DNA of 64,000 nucleotides from Eledone cirrhosa (GCA_964016885.1 OZ024740.1:380246001-380310000), one strand, 5' to 3'; positions 11,606-24,991 are shown, counted from the stretch's first letter. Notes: generated from the sequence alone by a model not told the origin. Translations and numbers: made by a program.

Positions 11606-14267
11606 CTACAGGATGGTATACAGAGAAGGCCCATTTACACGAGCCATTCTCGCCACTATCACCCACCTTTCATAAAACTGCCTGTGGCCAAGCATCTCTC
11701 TCTCCATTCTTATCCTTCTTCCGAAGTGATATCGGAAGAAGTAGACCAGACTATGGCCAGAGAGGAAGTTGCCTGACCTCAGACCTTTCAATCGTGTCCA
11801 CCAAACAACCTCTTTCAACATGGCTATTACGCACAGAAAAACCGCCTTTGCTTCCTTTGTGAAGAGGGGAGGCGGCTTGATTGTCATCACGGACTCGGCG
11901 GTCAATCGAATCGGTGCCACCCGCGACAGCAGTCGTTCGGCGTAGCCCCACAGATCAGCCACGCCCGGACATTGCACCAATGCGTGCGCAACGGTTTCTT
12001 CGTGACGCACGCATCTAAGGCAAATCTTTTTCGAGGGATCCCTGCCCGGGCGCCCGTGTCTGTAGAGCCTCTCTCGAACGGGTAGAGCCCCCCGGTAGCA
12101 CTGCCAGGCTAGTGACTTCTGGAAGTTGTCCATTGGTCCCGGGCCGAAGTCCTACCGAAAAGGCTGGCCAGTTCGTCCTCTTCCATGTCCAGCGACTCTC
12201 CAAGGGTGTCATCGCCCCTGCTGGCCACCAGCCCTCTATAGAATGATGAGGTAGATTCTCCACCGATGGTCGGGCCCGCTTGCCAGAGAGCCCTGAGCGC
12301 CTGAGCACACTCAGTGTGCCAGTCTCCCAGTTTTCCGGATCTTTTCTTGACCCAGGACTGCAGCTCGGTGAGCGAGACGAGTCTCGGAAAGGCTCGTTTC
12401 ACGAACGGAGCCCACACAGGTTGACCAGTGAGGAATACCTGTAGGTGCCGTAGCCTTAATGCGTGCCTACGCATCATCAACCCCGGCAACCCCAGCCCTC
12501 CTTTCGAAGGTTGTTGGCAGCAGATGGATCTTCTCACCATAGGAGGGCGCTTCTTCCAAAGAAATTGGAAGAGCATGCGTTCCATGGTGGTGAGTGTTTC
12601 CTTAGGGCAAGGCACGACAGTCAGGCGGTAGTAAGTGACGGACGCTATGTAAATGTTCGCCACCTCCGCCCGACCTTTTAGGGACAGCTTACACTTGGCG
12701 CATTTCTGGGTTAGTGCAAACACCTTGTTCGTAACCTCGTCCCAGTTCTTTTCCACCTGGAGGTCCGGTCCAAACCAGACCCCAAGCAACTTCACCGGGC
12801 CCTCCGTCCAGTGTCCGACGACACCGTCGGGAGGCATCGGTCTGCCTCTCCACGTTCCGAGTTGCAGCCCGATGGATTTTTCCCGGTTCAGTTTCGCTCC
12901 TGACAACCTTTCGTAATCCTCCAGTAAGGAACCGATCGCCTCGATCTCCGAGTCGATCGATACCATTACTGTTACGTCATCGGCGTAGGCCGACACCGCT
13001 TTGCTCAATCCTGGTTCTAGGGGGATACCCTGCAACAACTCCAACTTCCTCAGTAAAGGCTCGAGAGTCAATACGTACAGAAGGGAGGAGAGATGGCACC
13101 CCTGTCGAATGGATCGTGTGATTTCGAACGGCTTCGAAAGGTAGCCGTTCACCTTGATCCTAGAACAGATGTGGTTGCTATGTAAGGCAGTGATCCAGCC
13201 TCTGAAAACAGGACCGAACCCAGCCGCCGCTAGCACCGTATCCAGGTAACCATGGTCGACCCTATCGAAGGCCTTAGACTGATCCAAGTTGATCATGGCC
13301 CCACCGAAGCCGGGTTTGTGGCCAACCCTCTCTATGATGTATCGCATGAGGTGGAGGTTATCGTGAATGGACCTGGATGGGATAGCACATGTCTGCGCAT
13401 CTCCCACCAGGCAACCCACGACAAGCGCAAACCTCTTTGCTAACACCTTGGCCAATCTGCTCTCCTTAACTAATCTGCTAATCCGGTTTCTGTAAGTCTC
13501 TTTTGCCGGCAAAGACAAATTAAGTTTCCAGTAACCGGGACCCTTTTTATGTGTTTTCTCGAGATTGACTACGCAGGTCACTAATTTGTGATCCGTGTAG
13601 CCAACCGTGCGCATTTCTGGACAGCTTAATATGTCCCTATCCTTACTTCTAACTAAGAATCTATCTAAGTACGATCTAGATTGACCACTGTGGTTTCTCC
13701 AAGTCCAGGTAGGCACAGTTGGAAAATCTAGTCGATATCTATCGACCAAGTTAAAACGGTCGAGTAACCCCTTGAGGCTGTTACACCCCCCTCTATTAGG
13801 ACATGCTCCTGCATAGTCCCAACGTGCATCTAGGATGTCATTCCAATCCCCCGCTAGAAGCAGGGAACGCGACGTTCCCAGAAAAGTCTCCAAACGTTGG
13901 AAGAAGTCGGGCCGTTCAGCTCCGAAAGGGGAGTAGACGGCGACCAGTCTCAAGGCCGCACCTTCACTACTGCCAACGTCTAGCACCAACAAACGACCCT
14001 CCGGGTCCGAGTGCACAACCTGTACGGCAAGACCCAGGTGTTTTTGCAGCAGTACGACAACCCCACCCCCACCTCCAGGTTGACAGAGAGATGCATGCAC
14101 CTCAAAGTCATCGAAGGTAGGGCCAGCTGCCGCACGACGCTGATCCGAGTCTCACAGATAACCATTACATTTATACCACATGACCTGAGGTCATTTAGAA
14201 GCTTTGCTTGCTTCCAAGTTGAGCCCAGGCCACGTGCATTCAAACATCCTACTCTTAACACATCCAT
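11606..14267 (-). pseudogene. Tx1-like ORF2 (APE endonuclease, reverse transcriptase, Zn-binding); frameshifted and internally deleted
   Basis: LNARGL, ICET, AGDWN, SYLDRF, TDHK; LDQSKAFDRVDH, IRQGCHLSSLLY, YADD; CLRC..ETVAHALVQC; split across three ORFs. Confidence 0.92.
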
Positions 14268-14311
14268 GTGGGCGGCAGAGCCAAAGGAGAGTGTAGAGAC
14301 CTACCTTTCCG

Positions 14312-16207
14312 CTACCCGGGGTTCGGGTCGCACGACTTCCATGGGTCGGGGGTGTTGGGTGAAGGGGTGTCTTGTGGTGGTGTGGGGTCGTCAGTGTGTG
14401 GTGGGGTTGGGGTGTTTGGAGTTGTGTTGGGGAGGGGAAGGGGAGGGGGAAAGCTTTTTAGTAGGACGCGGTTTATGGGTTTGACAGAGGGTGGTCCTAC
14501 GTCCTCCTTAAAATCCTTTTTTAGTTTTTGGTAGAGGTTCATTGGGATTTTTATTAATTTTAAATGTGGGTAGTTTTCTGAAGAAACAAAGTTTACACCT
14601 TCGGTTTGTACCGAAGGATTATTGTATATGAGTTCATTTAATTTATTATTGTTTCTGTTGATGTAAGTATAGTGTAATGTCTTTTTTTCGGATGGTGTGA
14701 GTGTTTCGAAGAGGGAAGGGGCAGGTTTGGTTTTGTTTATTGCTGGAGGGGTGTTTTGTGTTTTGTTGGATTGTGTTGACATTTGGGTGGGGGTTGTTTG
14801 GCCTTGTGTGTTTTGCACATGTTTTCTTTTTTTCCTTTTAATCTGTCTGAAGGACTCCGTTTCTTCCTCCGAATTCGTTGGGTTATCTTCAGTGTTGGAG
14901 GGAAGAGGTATGTTTGCTGGTAATGTTTCCGTGTTGGTTTTCTTTGTGGGGGAGATGGATGTCACTATGTTAGACTGTGTTGTGTGTTGTGGCTGCGGTG
15001 GTTGTGTTGTTTTATTGAGTGAGGGGTTGGGTGGGCCTGTATTTTGTTTTGAGGTAATGTGTTGTGGCTGTTTGGGTTGTGGTGGTGGTGTAGTTTTACT
15101 GAGCGACGGGTTGGGTGGGACTGAGTTTTGTTGTTTGTTTATCTGTTGTGGTGGTGGTGGTGGTGGAGCTGGTGTTGGTAGCAGGGTTTTCTTTTTGTTG
15201 AGTTGGGGACAAGCGGCCTTCAGGTGCCCTCTGCCTGCACAGATATGACAGGACGGCCTTCTCCCCTCCACGCTAATGTTTATATACCCGTGGCCCTCTA
15301 ATAGGATTCTGTCGGGTATTTGGGCGATACGTTCAGGCTTCATTTGCACTACCAGCTCTATACCTGTTCCACTGAACGCATTGCCTGTGGTTTTCCCAAT
15401 GGAAATCACGTTGTCATTCACTGGATCGATGAAGCCAGCTATGAGCCAGCAGTAGTCCACATCTGGCATCATTGCATCCAGCCATATGCGTTGAGTTCTT
15501 TTACCCATATAAGATGGATAAAAGGTAAAATTTTTCGAACGAATCGGTGACAAAGCACATTTTTTTACCGCCGATTCGTTCTTAATGATAATTGCTAGGC
15601 TTCCATACAGTCTGTCTTTTCTTATGAAAGTGATTTCATTAAGTACTTTTGTGAGTACTGTTTTGGTTTCTGCTTGAGTTGGCTGTTCAGGTTTTTTTTG
15701 AAGTGCTGTTGATGGTTCGGAACACGACCGTTCGACTTTCAATGTCTTTGGTGAGTCCTTGAGGCATTTTTACCGATAAAATACCATTCTCTCCTTCACT
15801 TATGTATTGTTTGGCGTCTGTGATTCTTCGTGCCACATCTGAAATATTTTCAGGTATATATGTCAAAGATTTCTTTGTTGTTTCTGCAAATGAAATCTTG
15901 TTGACTTTGTCGTCTGCTTTGCTTTCTGTTATGATGTTGTTTTCAAATGTTATTTTTGTGTTTGTTGTGTATTTGTTTGTGGTATTAATATTGTCATGCA
16001 ATTTTTCAAATTTTTTTTTTCGTTGTTGGAATCCATGTCCAGATTTGTGTTTTCGTCATTTTTCTCCGCAGATTCGTCTGTTTTTATTTTATTTTTTCCT
16101 TCCTTCTCTATGACGTTAGTTGGGAAGGAAGGGGGGACTGAAGCGTGCGAGCTTACAACTCTTACCATTGTCCCCCCACCACTATTTTCGTTCGCTTCGT
16201 TTAACAT
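14312..16207 (-). pseudogene. Tx1-like ORF1 (gag-like, CCHC zinc knuckle, Pro/Gln/Thr-rich tail), two frameshifts
   Basis: Overlapping ORFs 16207-15950, 16001-15687 and 15742-14312; CHICAGRGHLKAAC = CX2CX4HX4C. Confidence 0.85.
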
Positions 16208-16451
16208 TTCTGTCAGACGATTGAAATTGTTTTTGCCACAAAATTTTTAAAAACAGGTTTTTCACCTCTAGGAGGGGTAAAGATGAGCTGACCCACCGTC
16301 TGACAGTTCAGACGGGGGGTGAAGCTACACAATAGTATCAAAATTAAATTTGAACTCACAAAATTTCCGCAATAAATTTGAACAAAACTTCTGCGCGAAG
16401 TGAATTACATCCACACTGTAGAACAGACGACAGCTAGATTAACCCATATAT

Positions 16452-16495
<44 letters not shown>

Positions 16496-16571
16496 ATATA
16501 CACGGGTGTGTATGATTGTGTATAGAAGATTATATTAATAAATTGGTAATTTTGTACTACTCATCTCTTTT

Positions 16572-17591
16572 GTGAATTGGAGAGATACTCTGGATGAGTT
16601 CAATATCCTACTGAATAACCTACACCCATCTCTCCAATTCGCAAAAGAGATGAGTAGTACCAAATTACCATTCCTAGATATAATGATAATCAAAAACGAC
16701 ACCACCATTACCACGGATATATATTATAAACACACAGACACCCATCAATATCTGAATTTTAAGTCGTGCCATCCACCTCATACAAAACACAACATCCCAT
16801 TCTGCCTAGCCAGAAGAATTTGTACCATTGCAGAAGATACGAATACCAGGTACAAACGCCTAACAGAACTAAGAGAATTCTTGCTCAAACAAAAATACCC
16901 ATCTCTACTTATAGAAAATGGCATACAGCCGGCTATAAAAATACCTATACAACAACTTAGGACAACCCAAGGAAGAAGAAACCAAGAACTAGTCATACCA
17001 TTTATAATGACACACAACCCATGTCACCAGAATATCTTCAACACTGCCAAAGCAAACCTACCGATCATTGCTCAAAGTAATGAATTAAAAGGCTTAATCA
17101 CAGATCGATCTTTAACTCTTAGTAAAAGACAGTCGAAAAATTTGAAGCAGTTACTAACAAAAGCAAAGTTTGACCTTAACAACAAAGACCAATCATTCAC
17201 TGTATCTAAATGCAATGATAGTCGATGTGGCACATGTCAATCCATACACGCCGGTCAATATATGAAAACAAAAACTGGAAAAATATTCCCAAATGCAAAT
17301 ATGAACTGCAAAAGCAGAAATCTAACTTACTGCGTTAAATGCCCGAATTGTGAAGAACTATATGTCGGTCAAACTGGAAATGCACTATCGGAACGTGCAC
17401 GGGTACACCGACAGCAAACCAGAGACCAAAATGTCCGTCAGATACCCCTAAGTAACCATCTAGCAACCTGTGGTCAGGGAATATTTATAATATTCCCATT
17501 CTACAAATTACACAGCCCAAGTGAAATCAAGAGAAAAATCAAAGAAAAGAATTTTATTGATAAACTCAAACCCAAGCTAAATGAACAATAA
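16572..17591 (+). CDS. 5'-truncated Penelope-like polyprotein: RT C-terminus/thumb plus GIY-YIG endonuclease
   Basis: LNNLHPSLQF, LPFLDIMI, YYKHTDTHQYLNFKSCHP, NLTYCVKCPNC..YVGQT, ERARVH, KLKPKLN. Confidence 0.9.
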   Translation: MNWRDTLDEFNILLNNLHPSLQFAKEMSSTKLPFLDIMIIKNDTTITTDIYYKHTDTHQYLNFKSCHPPHTKHNIPFCLARRICTIAEDTNTRYKRLTELREFLLKQKYPSLLIENGIQPAIKIPIQQLRTTQGRRNQELVIPFIMTHNPCHQNIFNTAKANLPIIAQSNELKGLITDRSLTLSKRQSKNLKQLLTKAKFDLNNKDQSFTVSKCNDSRCGTCQSIHAGQYMKTKTGKIFPNANMNCKSRNLTYCVKCPNCEELYVGQTGNALSERARVHRQQTRDQNVRQIPLSNHLATCGQGIFIIFPFYKLHSPSEIKRKIKEKNFIDKLKPKLNEQ

Positions 17592-17699
17592 TAATGGAGT
17601 ATTAATCCTACTATGACTATGACTACGACCACTAACAACAACAACAACAACAATAATAATAATAAAAGTGATGTTGATGGTGATGATTACTAGAAAATG

Positions 17700-18110
17700 C
17701 TATTTTCATCATTTCTAAAAATAGCAAAACAATTGATGCTTTGGATAGGGTCAATTAGTAATCGTTAGACATGCTCAACCAACCGTGTCACCTAAACCAA
17801 TCAGCTTTAGTAATCCAGTGAAACTACACACCGATTGGTCGAAATACAGTTTGCAAGATTTAGCATTCTGGAGCCACTTTTTACTGTATATAAGGCACAA
17901 AATTTACCCATCTCTTTACAGTTGAAAATTGCAAACTTGACTGTCACCACACAATATGAACCTGAAGATTGCGAAAGCATGAAAGTACTTGTTCAATTAA
18001 CACTTAACATATAATATTCTACCATACTATTTCATTCTAATACCATTATACATTTTAAAGGATTGTAAATAAAACGAGTAAATCAGGCAAAGTTGGAATT
18101 CCTTTTATTA
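17700..18110 (+). mobile_element. Penelope 3' pseudo-LTR (CCAAT boxes, TATA, hammerhead, polyA signal)
   Basis: ccaatc 17797, gattgg 17833, tatataagg 17887, HHR 17957-17995, aataaa ~18068, ends in (TA)n. Confidence 0.75.
17957..17995 (+). ncRNA. Minimal Penelope-type hammerhead ribozyme
   Basis: tgaac CTGAAGA t-tgc-gaaa-gca-t GAAAGTACTT gttca; palindromic AAGTACTT. Confidence 0.75.
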
Positions 18111-18368
18111 ATATATATATATATATAAAGTAATTCCGTCGGAAAGGTACAGGAAAAAAGAGTGCTCTATGTAGGTTACAGAGCTTATTAGTTATGTAAT
18201 AAACAACATAAGATAATTATTTCATTTACCAGTGGTTTCTTGAAAGCTGATATATCTGCTTTCAGTTGTCAGAATGAATAAAACATGGTGTTTTTATTAA
18301 AATGTCGATTTGAAAACAAAATATAAGAAATATGAAAGTGAAGCTGAGGAAACAACGGGCGAAGAAGA

Positions 18369-18422
<54 letters not shown>

Positions 18423-18424
18423 TT

Positions 18425-18480
<56 letters not shown>

Positions 18481-19019
18481 AAATAAATAAACAAACATAC
18501 ACACACTCAACCACGCGCATTTACTAGCTGGTGGAAAACCCTACCGAATAATTACATATGGTTTTGGTTTTCTATATTTATTTGTTTATAAATATATACA
18601 TACAACTATATGTATAATATGCATACATACACACAAAAATATATATACACACACACAAGTTACTCTGGTAAGTAAGTCACGCAAAGGTTATAAACCAGGA
18701 TCAGTAGATTGTAATCTAGATAAAATTTAAACTACTCAGAGGTCGTAAACTAAAATTATAGAAAAAAATTAATGGAAACTTTATTTATGAAAACTAAAAA
18801 GAAGGAGAGAATGGAAGAAAAAAGAGAGAAAGAATCATGAAATGGTGAGGGGTGACAACGTCTACATCCTTGGCTGGACAGTATACCTAAGCTATATTCC
18901 ATGAACAAGATAAGTAAAGTGTTGGCACAGAGAAGAGACAGCAATGTCCACCGCATCAACCATTCTACCTCGTAGGACTCCTACCTTGTTACGAGTCTTC
19001 TAGTATATTGATTTCTAAT

Positions 19020-19430
19020 TTAAATACAAGGGCAGCAAATTTGGAGTAAGGGCAAAGTTGATTAAATCAACACCAGTACTTTACTAGTATTTTATTTTAT
19101 CGACCCCAAAAGGATGAAAAGCAAAGTTGACCACGACAGAATTTAAACTCAGAATGTAAAGAGTTTCAATATATACCACAATGTCATTTTATTCGACGTT
19201 CTATCAATTCTGCCAATCTACCACCCTTAGAACCTTTTAATACATAGCTACATAAGGGTGGTGGATTGGCAGTATCGGTAGAGCGTCGGACAACATGCTT
19301 TATGGCCCTTTACGATCTGAGTTCAAATTCTACCGAGAGTAGCTTTGCCTTTCATTCTTACGGGGTCGATGTAATAAAGTACCAGCAATGCACTGGGGTC
19401 GATTTAATCGACTTACCCCATCCCCCAAAT
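19020..19430. mobile_element. Two divergent tRNA-derived SINEs with Meta-domain-like core (minus 19020-19230, plus 19255-19430)
   Basis: B-box gagttcaaattc; core ttgcctttcattcttacggggtcgatgtaataaagtaccag. Confidence 0.75.
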
Positions 19431-20384
19431 CAGAAACCAATATGTTGCTACACACGTCTTATCCGGCTCACTTCACATTCAGCTTTGGTCCAGTCAATGC
19501 TGAATACAATTCTGTGTATCTTCACTGTACATTCTGTCTACAGAATTGCAAGTGTTCTTGAAAAAGAGGGTATCTAAACCGGTATTCCATAGCATTTGGC
19601 TTAATGTTACAATCACACATGGTGTCATTTGAGGAGCTGTAGCTCTAAGTGCTGATTACTACATTGTCCCCACCAATTTTTTCTCAGTCAATTTAAGATA
19701 ATTCCACTTTGATCCTGTTTCATCCGAACCAAGTAGTAGCCGTTCCCCTGCTTTTATTGACATTATTTTAGAGGGCGGTTGGCTGTCTGTGATTCATTTC
19801 TTCCTAGAAAGCCTTTCGTACCACACTTAGTGTGATACCAGGTTTTTCTTAGCACCAGACTAATAGAATACAATCTTTCCCTCCTTTGAGCATGTTAACT
19901 TTCAGAGATTAATTCATAATTTCTAAAAACTACTTTTCTTTATCTTACACACTAACAATTGCCGCTAGGATTTTGTCTTCTTTCTAAGTGGAGAATACCA
20001 ATAAATTGTGTGTTGTTGTTTGTTGTAATTTGTTTATTTGTTTTTTTCACGTAAAGCATTCAATAAATCACATTTTAATTTAATTATATAAATTCATGCA
20101 AATCGCAATTTGAGTTAGCTCATTTCATTTTTAATTATACAAATCATACTCGCCAAAAAATATGCGTAACTCTTTTTCTACATGTAAAAGCAATTTCAAC
20201 TGATCAGCAGGCTTGGTTATAGTACACCATACTAAGAGACTGGCAGAAGTCTAATGACAGCAATGGCTTGTGAATTTGCTTTGAGGAATAAATATTTAGA
20301 CACTTAATATTATCTCCTCTTCTCTAAGATGGTGATTAACGATTACCGCCGGGGTATATACGCTTTCTCCCAATAGCAAATAAA

Positions 20385-20575
20385 TTATAATTGTTTCTAC
20401 TTGTTGGCACAAGGCCAGCAATTATCCCAGTGCATTACTGGTACTTTATTTTATCGACCCCGTAAGAATGAAAGGCAAAGTTAACCTCAGCGGGATTTGA
20501 ACTTAGTCCGTAAAGGGAAGTAGCTCTTTGCTGCAAAGCATGGCGTCCGACCCTCTACCGATACTGCCAATCCAA
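20385..20575 (-). mobile_element. tRNA-derived SINE, Meta-like core
   Basis: Reverse complement closely matches 63755-63945. Confidence 0.8.
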
Positions 20576-20745
20576 ATGTTTGAGGTTTGTGTTATTTCTT
20601 TTAAAACATTTTATTTCTAATAAAATCCAAGTTTACGACTTCCCGTTTTCATACACTATCTAGCTGAAATACAACAATAATATAAGCTGCTTTTTATGTC
20701 TACATCTCAAAATAATTCATTAATGTCACTGATTCGAGCGGAATG

Positions 20746-20835
<90 letters not shown>

Positions 20836-20838
<3 letters not shown>

Positions 20839-21043
20839 CAAAGGAATTGTGGTAAGGAACCAGATGGACCATAACGCACCAGAGTACTCAATACTTGGGG
20901 TAGTAGAGTGGGAAATAGGAAAAAGTATGACCCCGACGGCAGAGCTCAAGCCGTTTCGACGGCTATTTCTGGACTAAAAAATAGTCCAGAAATAGCCGTC
21001 GAAACGGTTTGAGCTCTGCCGTCGGGGTCATACTTTTTCCTAT
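20836..21043. mobile_element. Family A fold-back element with ~60-bp near-perfect hairpin
   Basis: taggaaaaagtatgaccccgacggc...ctggacta aaaaa tagtccag...gccgtcggggtcatactttttccta. Confidence 0.85.
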
Positions 21044-21280
21044 ATATATATATATATATATATATATGAATATACAGAAAGAAATGTTTTATTCTGTGAA
21101 AAAGAATCATTTCACAAATAAATATTTAATTTACATCACAAGCGGGGCAGTAAGCTAGACGTGCGACGATTTTGAAAGCAATCTGTAAATACATCATACA
21201 TACATACATACGTACATACATACATACATACATTCATACATACATACATACATACATACATACATACATACATACATACA

Positions 21281-24186
21281 TAGCGGTGAACGAAATAGCT
21301 GGCAATTATCTGAAGGCTATACGATCTAAAGGTGTAGAAACGACATTTGAAACGCTCAATGTTTTGTTATATGTTTCAGCTGTCACATTGCTATCATATA
21401 ACACACATCTAAAACCACGCAATCAAGATACAAACAGAAAGCCTGAACCAGCGTGGATGCGAAATTTAAAAACCAAAATTTTGTCCCTGAGACGAAGTAT
21501 CTCACACATCGCAGTCGTTATGAAATGCAACATAGAGAGAAACTTCACACGACACCAGGAAGACCTAAAGAAAAAGTTAGAGAGACGATTTGGAGATACC
21601 AAATTTAAAACTTTGAACTCCAAATTACACCAGTTGAAACAACAACTCACAGCTACAACAGAAAGACTAAAATATAAGTCAACAGCCCATAAACGACAAG
21701 TGCTAAATAGATTGTTTGCCAGAGATCCTAAATCAGTTTATCGCAGCTTCGGTGGCAAAAGCTCAATCCCTGTAAACGACACCCCTTCAAAAGAACAGGT
21801 TGAGAACTACTGGAGATCTGTATGGGAAACGGATGACGGATTCAACAGACAAGCTAATTGGCTAAAACAACTGGAACAGGACTACTGCCAACATGTCCAG
21901 ACAAAACAATATGACATAGATGGGTCAATACTGGAAACAGCTCTACAGAAAATGTCGAATAGGAAATCGCCAGGCCCAGACCTCATTACAGGATACTGGT
22001 TGAAGAATTTCACTTTCTATCGGCAAGATCTCATACGGCTGTTTACAGAAACCATTAAGGGCACACAAGAACTGCCCAGATGGTTATCAACTGCCACTAC
22101 TCTCCTCATTCCCCAAAATAGCCAAACCACCCTTGCTAAAAATTACCGCCCAATTGCCTGCCAAAACATCATGTATAAATTATATACTGGGTGCCTTAAC
22201 CTGTTCTTACAGGATAACTGTGCTACCAACATCATAACACCTGAGCAAGCTGGTGGAAAGAGGGAGGTGTGGGGTTGCATAGATCACCTACTAACTAATA
22301 AAATGATTCAGGAAAAAACAACAAAGAATCGCAGAAACATGACTGTCGTGTGGCTGGACTATCAAAAAGCATTTGATAGTGTACCTCATGGGTGGATTAT
22401 TAAGGCTTTACAGTTAGCTAAAGTCCCACAACCATTAGTAGCTGCTGTTGAATGCCTGACCAAGAACTGGTACACCAATTTGATCCTTAGAGGTGAGAAG
22501 GAGCAGGTTAAGACTGATAGGATACATTACCAGAAGGGCATCTTTCAGGGTGATAGCTTGTCAGTACTACTCTTCGTTCGCTCACTGAATCCACTATCTT
22601 ACCTACTCAGGAAACAAGGTGGACAAAGAAGTGGGCCCAGAAGTATCTCCCATCGTTTCTTTGTTGATGACCTGAAGTTGTATGGGCCAAATATCAATGA
22701 CATCAAGAAACAATTGGACCTCATTACACAATTTTCAACCGACATCAAAATGAAATTTGGTGAGTCCAAGTGTGCATATTTGGCAGTAAAACGTGGAAGA
22801 GCTGTGCCCTCCTCTAGAAATCTAGATATGAACGGCCTGACAATACAACCTCTGCAGTCAGGTGACAACTACAGATATCTTGGACAGGATGAGAATGTCA
22901 GATATGATGGACCCATAAATAAGGAGAGAACCAGAACTGAATACCTCAGAAGAGTAAAAAAAATATGGTCATCAGAACTGTCAGCATACAACAAATACAT
23001 TGCCCACAATACCTATGCTGTGCCAATTCTAACGCCAACATTTGGCCTACTGAACTGGTCATTGCAAGAACTAAGTGAGATGGATGTTAGAACTCGAAAA
23101 CTTCTCAGTGTTACTGGGAACTTTAACATCAATGGTGATGTGGATAGGCTATACTTCTCACGCAAGGAAGGTGGCCGGGGTCTAAAATCAATATTAACAA
23201 CATATGAGACCCGGATAGTAACACTGAAGCAACACCTTCAACAGAGGAAAAAGGTTGGCGACCATCTTGCTCAGGTTTATGAGCATGAAAAAAGAAATAT
23301 CATTAGAATAGCGACTGATCTGGAGGAGAGATATGGAATAAAGCCTGATATAAATCTCTCACCCAGAGAAATCGGAAGATCCTATTCAATGTTCAAACAA
23401 GAAAAAAAAATTGACCAATTTACAGAGACAGTTGTGCATGGATACTTGAGGCGTAAAACACAGACCATAGAGGGGATAAACCACTCAAAAAGCCTGGCAT
23501 GGAGTTCCGACAAGTTTATGACATCACACCTTGAGGGATATCTCTATGCAATACAGGAACAAGAACTCCCTACCAAATATCTGCTGCACAAAAGAGGAGG
23601 GCCAGCAGCTGACAATAAATGTAGGCTATGTAAAACAAAGATCGAGGATGTAAGCCACATTGTTGTCAGCTGCGAAAGAATGTCATCTCGCTACTACCTC
23701 CCCATGAGACACGATGGGATAGCTAGAACTATCTGGAACGCACTTCGGAAAACAAAATTAACAACAAACGAGGAAGAATATATTGAGATAGATGGCACTA
23801 AGGAATACTGGTGGAACCTGAAAATAAAAACTGCCACCAAATTAAAGCACAACCGGCCTGATATTGTAGACCACACATTGAAAACGTGTTCTGTTGTGGA
23901 GATCAGCTGCCCACTTGATGTAAACGTTGTCAGAAAAATACAGGAGAAGGAGGACATCTACGGACCATTGATGAGGAGCTTACAAATCCAGTATCCAAGA
24001 TACACCTTTAGCTTCATACCCATCATTATTGGTGCTACGGGTTATATACCAACCCGCTTGGACCAAAGTATGACCGAACTTGGATTTGCGGACAAAAAGC
24101 GCAGCTCCCTAATTCATAGTCTACAAATGGCTGCGATAGCTGGCACCTTCAAAATATGCAAAACATTCTTGCGATTCAAGGGATGA
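21281..24186 (+). CDS. Reverse transcriptase, CCHC and restriction-like endonuclease ORF (open, 5'-truncated; the N-terminal residues of the track ORF are microsatellite)
   Basis: KSPGPD, NYRPIAC, LDYQKAFDSVPH, GIFQGDSLS, FVDDL, YRYLG; CRLC..EDVSHIVVSC, MRHD, HNRPDIV..EISCP, KEDIY. Confidence 0.9.
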
Positions 24187-24267
24187 CAATTTCTTTTCTT
24201 TTACAACCTTGCCACCAGGAAGGTGGCCGGTCAAAAAAATATACTCGAAATTAAGAGAAAGAGAAAA
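21281..24267 (+). mobile_element. 5'-truncated RLE non-LTR retrotransposon (R4/Dong-like) inserted in (CATA)n
   Basis: Long ORF with RT and C-terminal restriction-like endonuclease; (CATA)n on both flanks. Confidence 0.9.
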
Positions 24268-24289
24268 CATACATACATACATACATACA

Positions 24290-24895
24290 TGGTGGCTGCA
24301 AACTCTGCTAAGAGTATTGCAATCGCTTTTCCGATTACAGAAAATGGTGCACCTTTAGGCTACGGCCAGCCACAGAAACCTGTAACATATCCTGAACAAG
24401 TAATGCCTTGCTATGAAGGTTTTCTAAGCCAATCCATACAACAAAAGGACATAACCTCATAACAGTTGGAAAAGGGCTTCTTGAGAAATACTCCTTGCAT
24501 GATAACCAAAAGCTCATACCCAGAGAAATTGCATAGCAATACCACAAATAATGCATGGATGAAAAGCTGCATGTTTATCAGCAGAAAGTCATACATGGCT
24601 ATATTTACCAGAAAGATTCAAAGTGAGAGTAACAGAAAAAAGTAAAGGAATCTATCTTGGACCATATTAGTTCTCACTTTGAAGGATATTTTTTCGCAAT
24701 CCAGGAACATGAAATAGCAATGAAATAACGAATGCACAAAAGAGATACGGATGCAGGCAAAACACTTAGATGTAACAACAGTCGCAGACTCTGTGGAAGA
24801 AACATCGAGGATGTCACCCGCATCAGAAGCAGCTGTTCAAAGATGTCATCAAGATACTACCTACTTATGAGGCATGATGTGGAGGACATACGTAT
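24290..24895 (+). mobile_element. Deleted derivative of an R4/Dong-like element
   Basis: SHFEGYFFAIQEHE..RLCGRNIEDVTRIRSSCSKMSSRYYLLMRHD, homologous to 23520-23720. Confidence 0.7.
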
Positions 24896-24991
24896 ATATA
24901 ATATGAAAGAGTTAAAACCTCAATAAAGATCCACACATGCAATAACATTCATACCTGTCCACTCATACACCTGCATGCATACATACATGCA

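Larger units (their letters stand above)
11391..16445 (-). mobile_element. Near full-length Tx1/L1-clade non-LTR retrotransposon, inactivated
   Basis: ORF1 with zinc knuckle, ORF2 with APE endonuclease, RT and C-terminal cysteine motif; aataaa at the 3' end; (GATA)n on both sides. Confidence 0.92.

Noticed and set aside
14697-15248. 183-aa Cys/Gly/Val-rich ORF on plus
   Set aside because: Antisense shadow of the Pro/Gln/Thr-rich region of Tx1 ORF1
19440-19980. Possible degenerate transposase (SWIM/MULE-like) remnant on minus
   Set aside because: Only a vague CxC pattern with many stops; not supportable by eye
21172-21280. N-terminus of the 1004-aa ORF
   Set aside because: Read-through of the flanking (CATA)n target from a non-ATG codon; not part of the element
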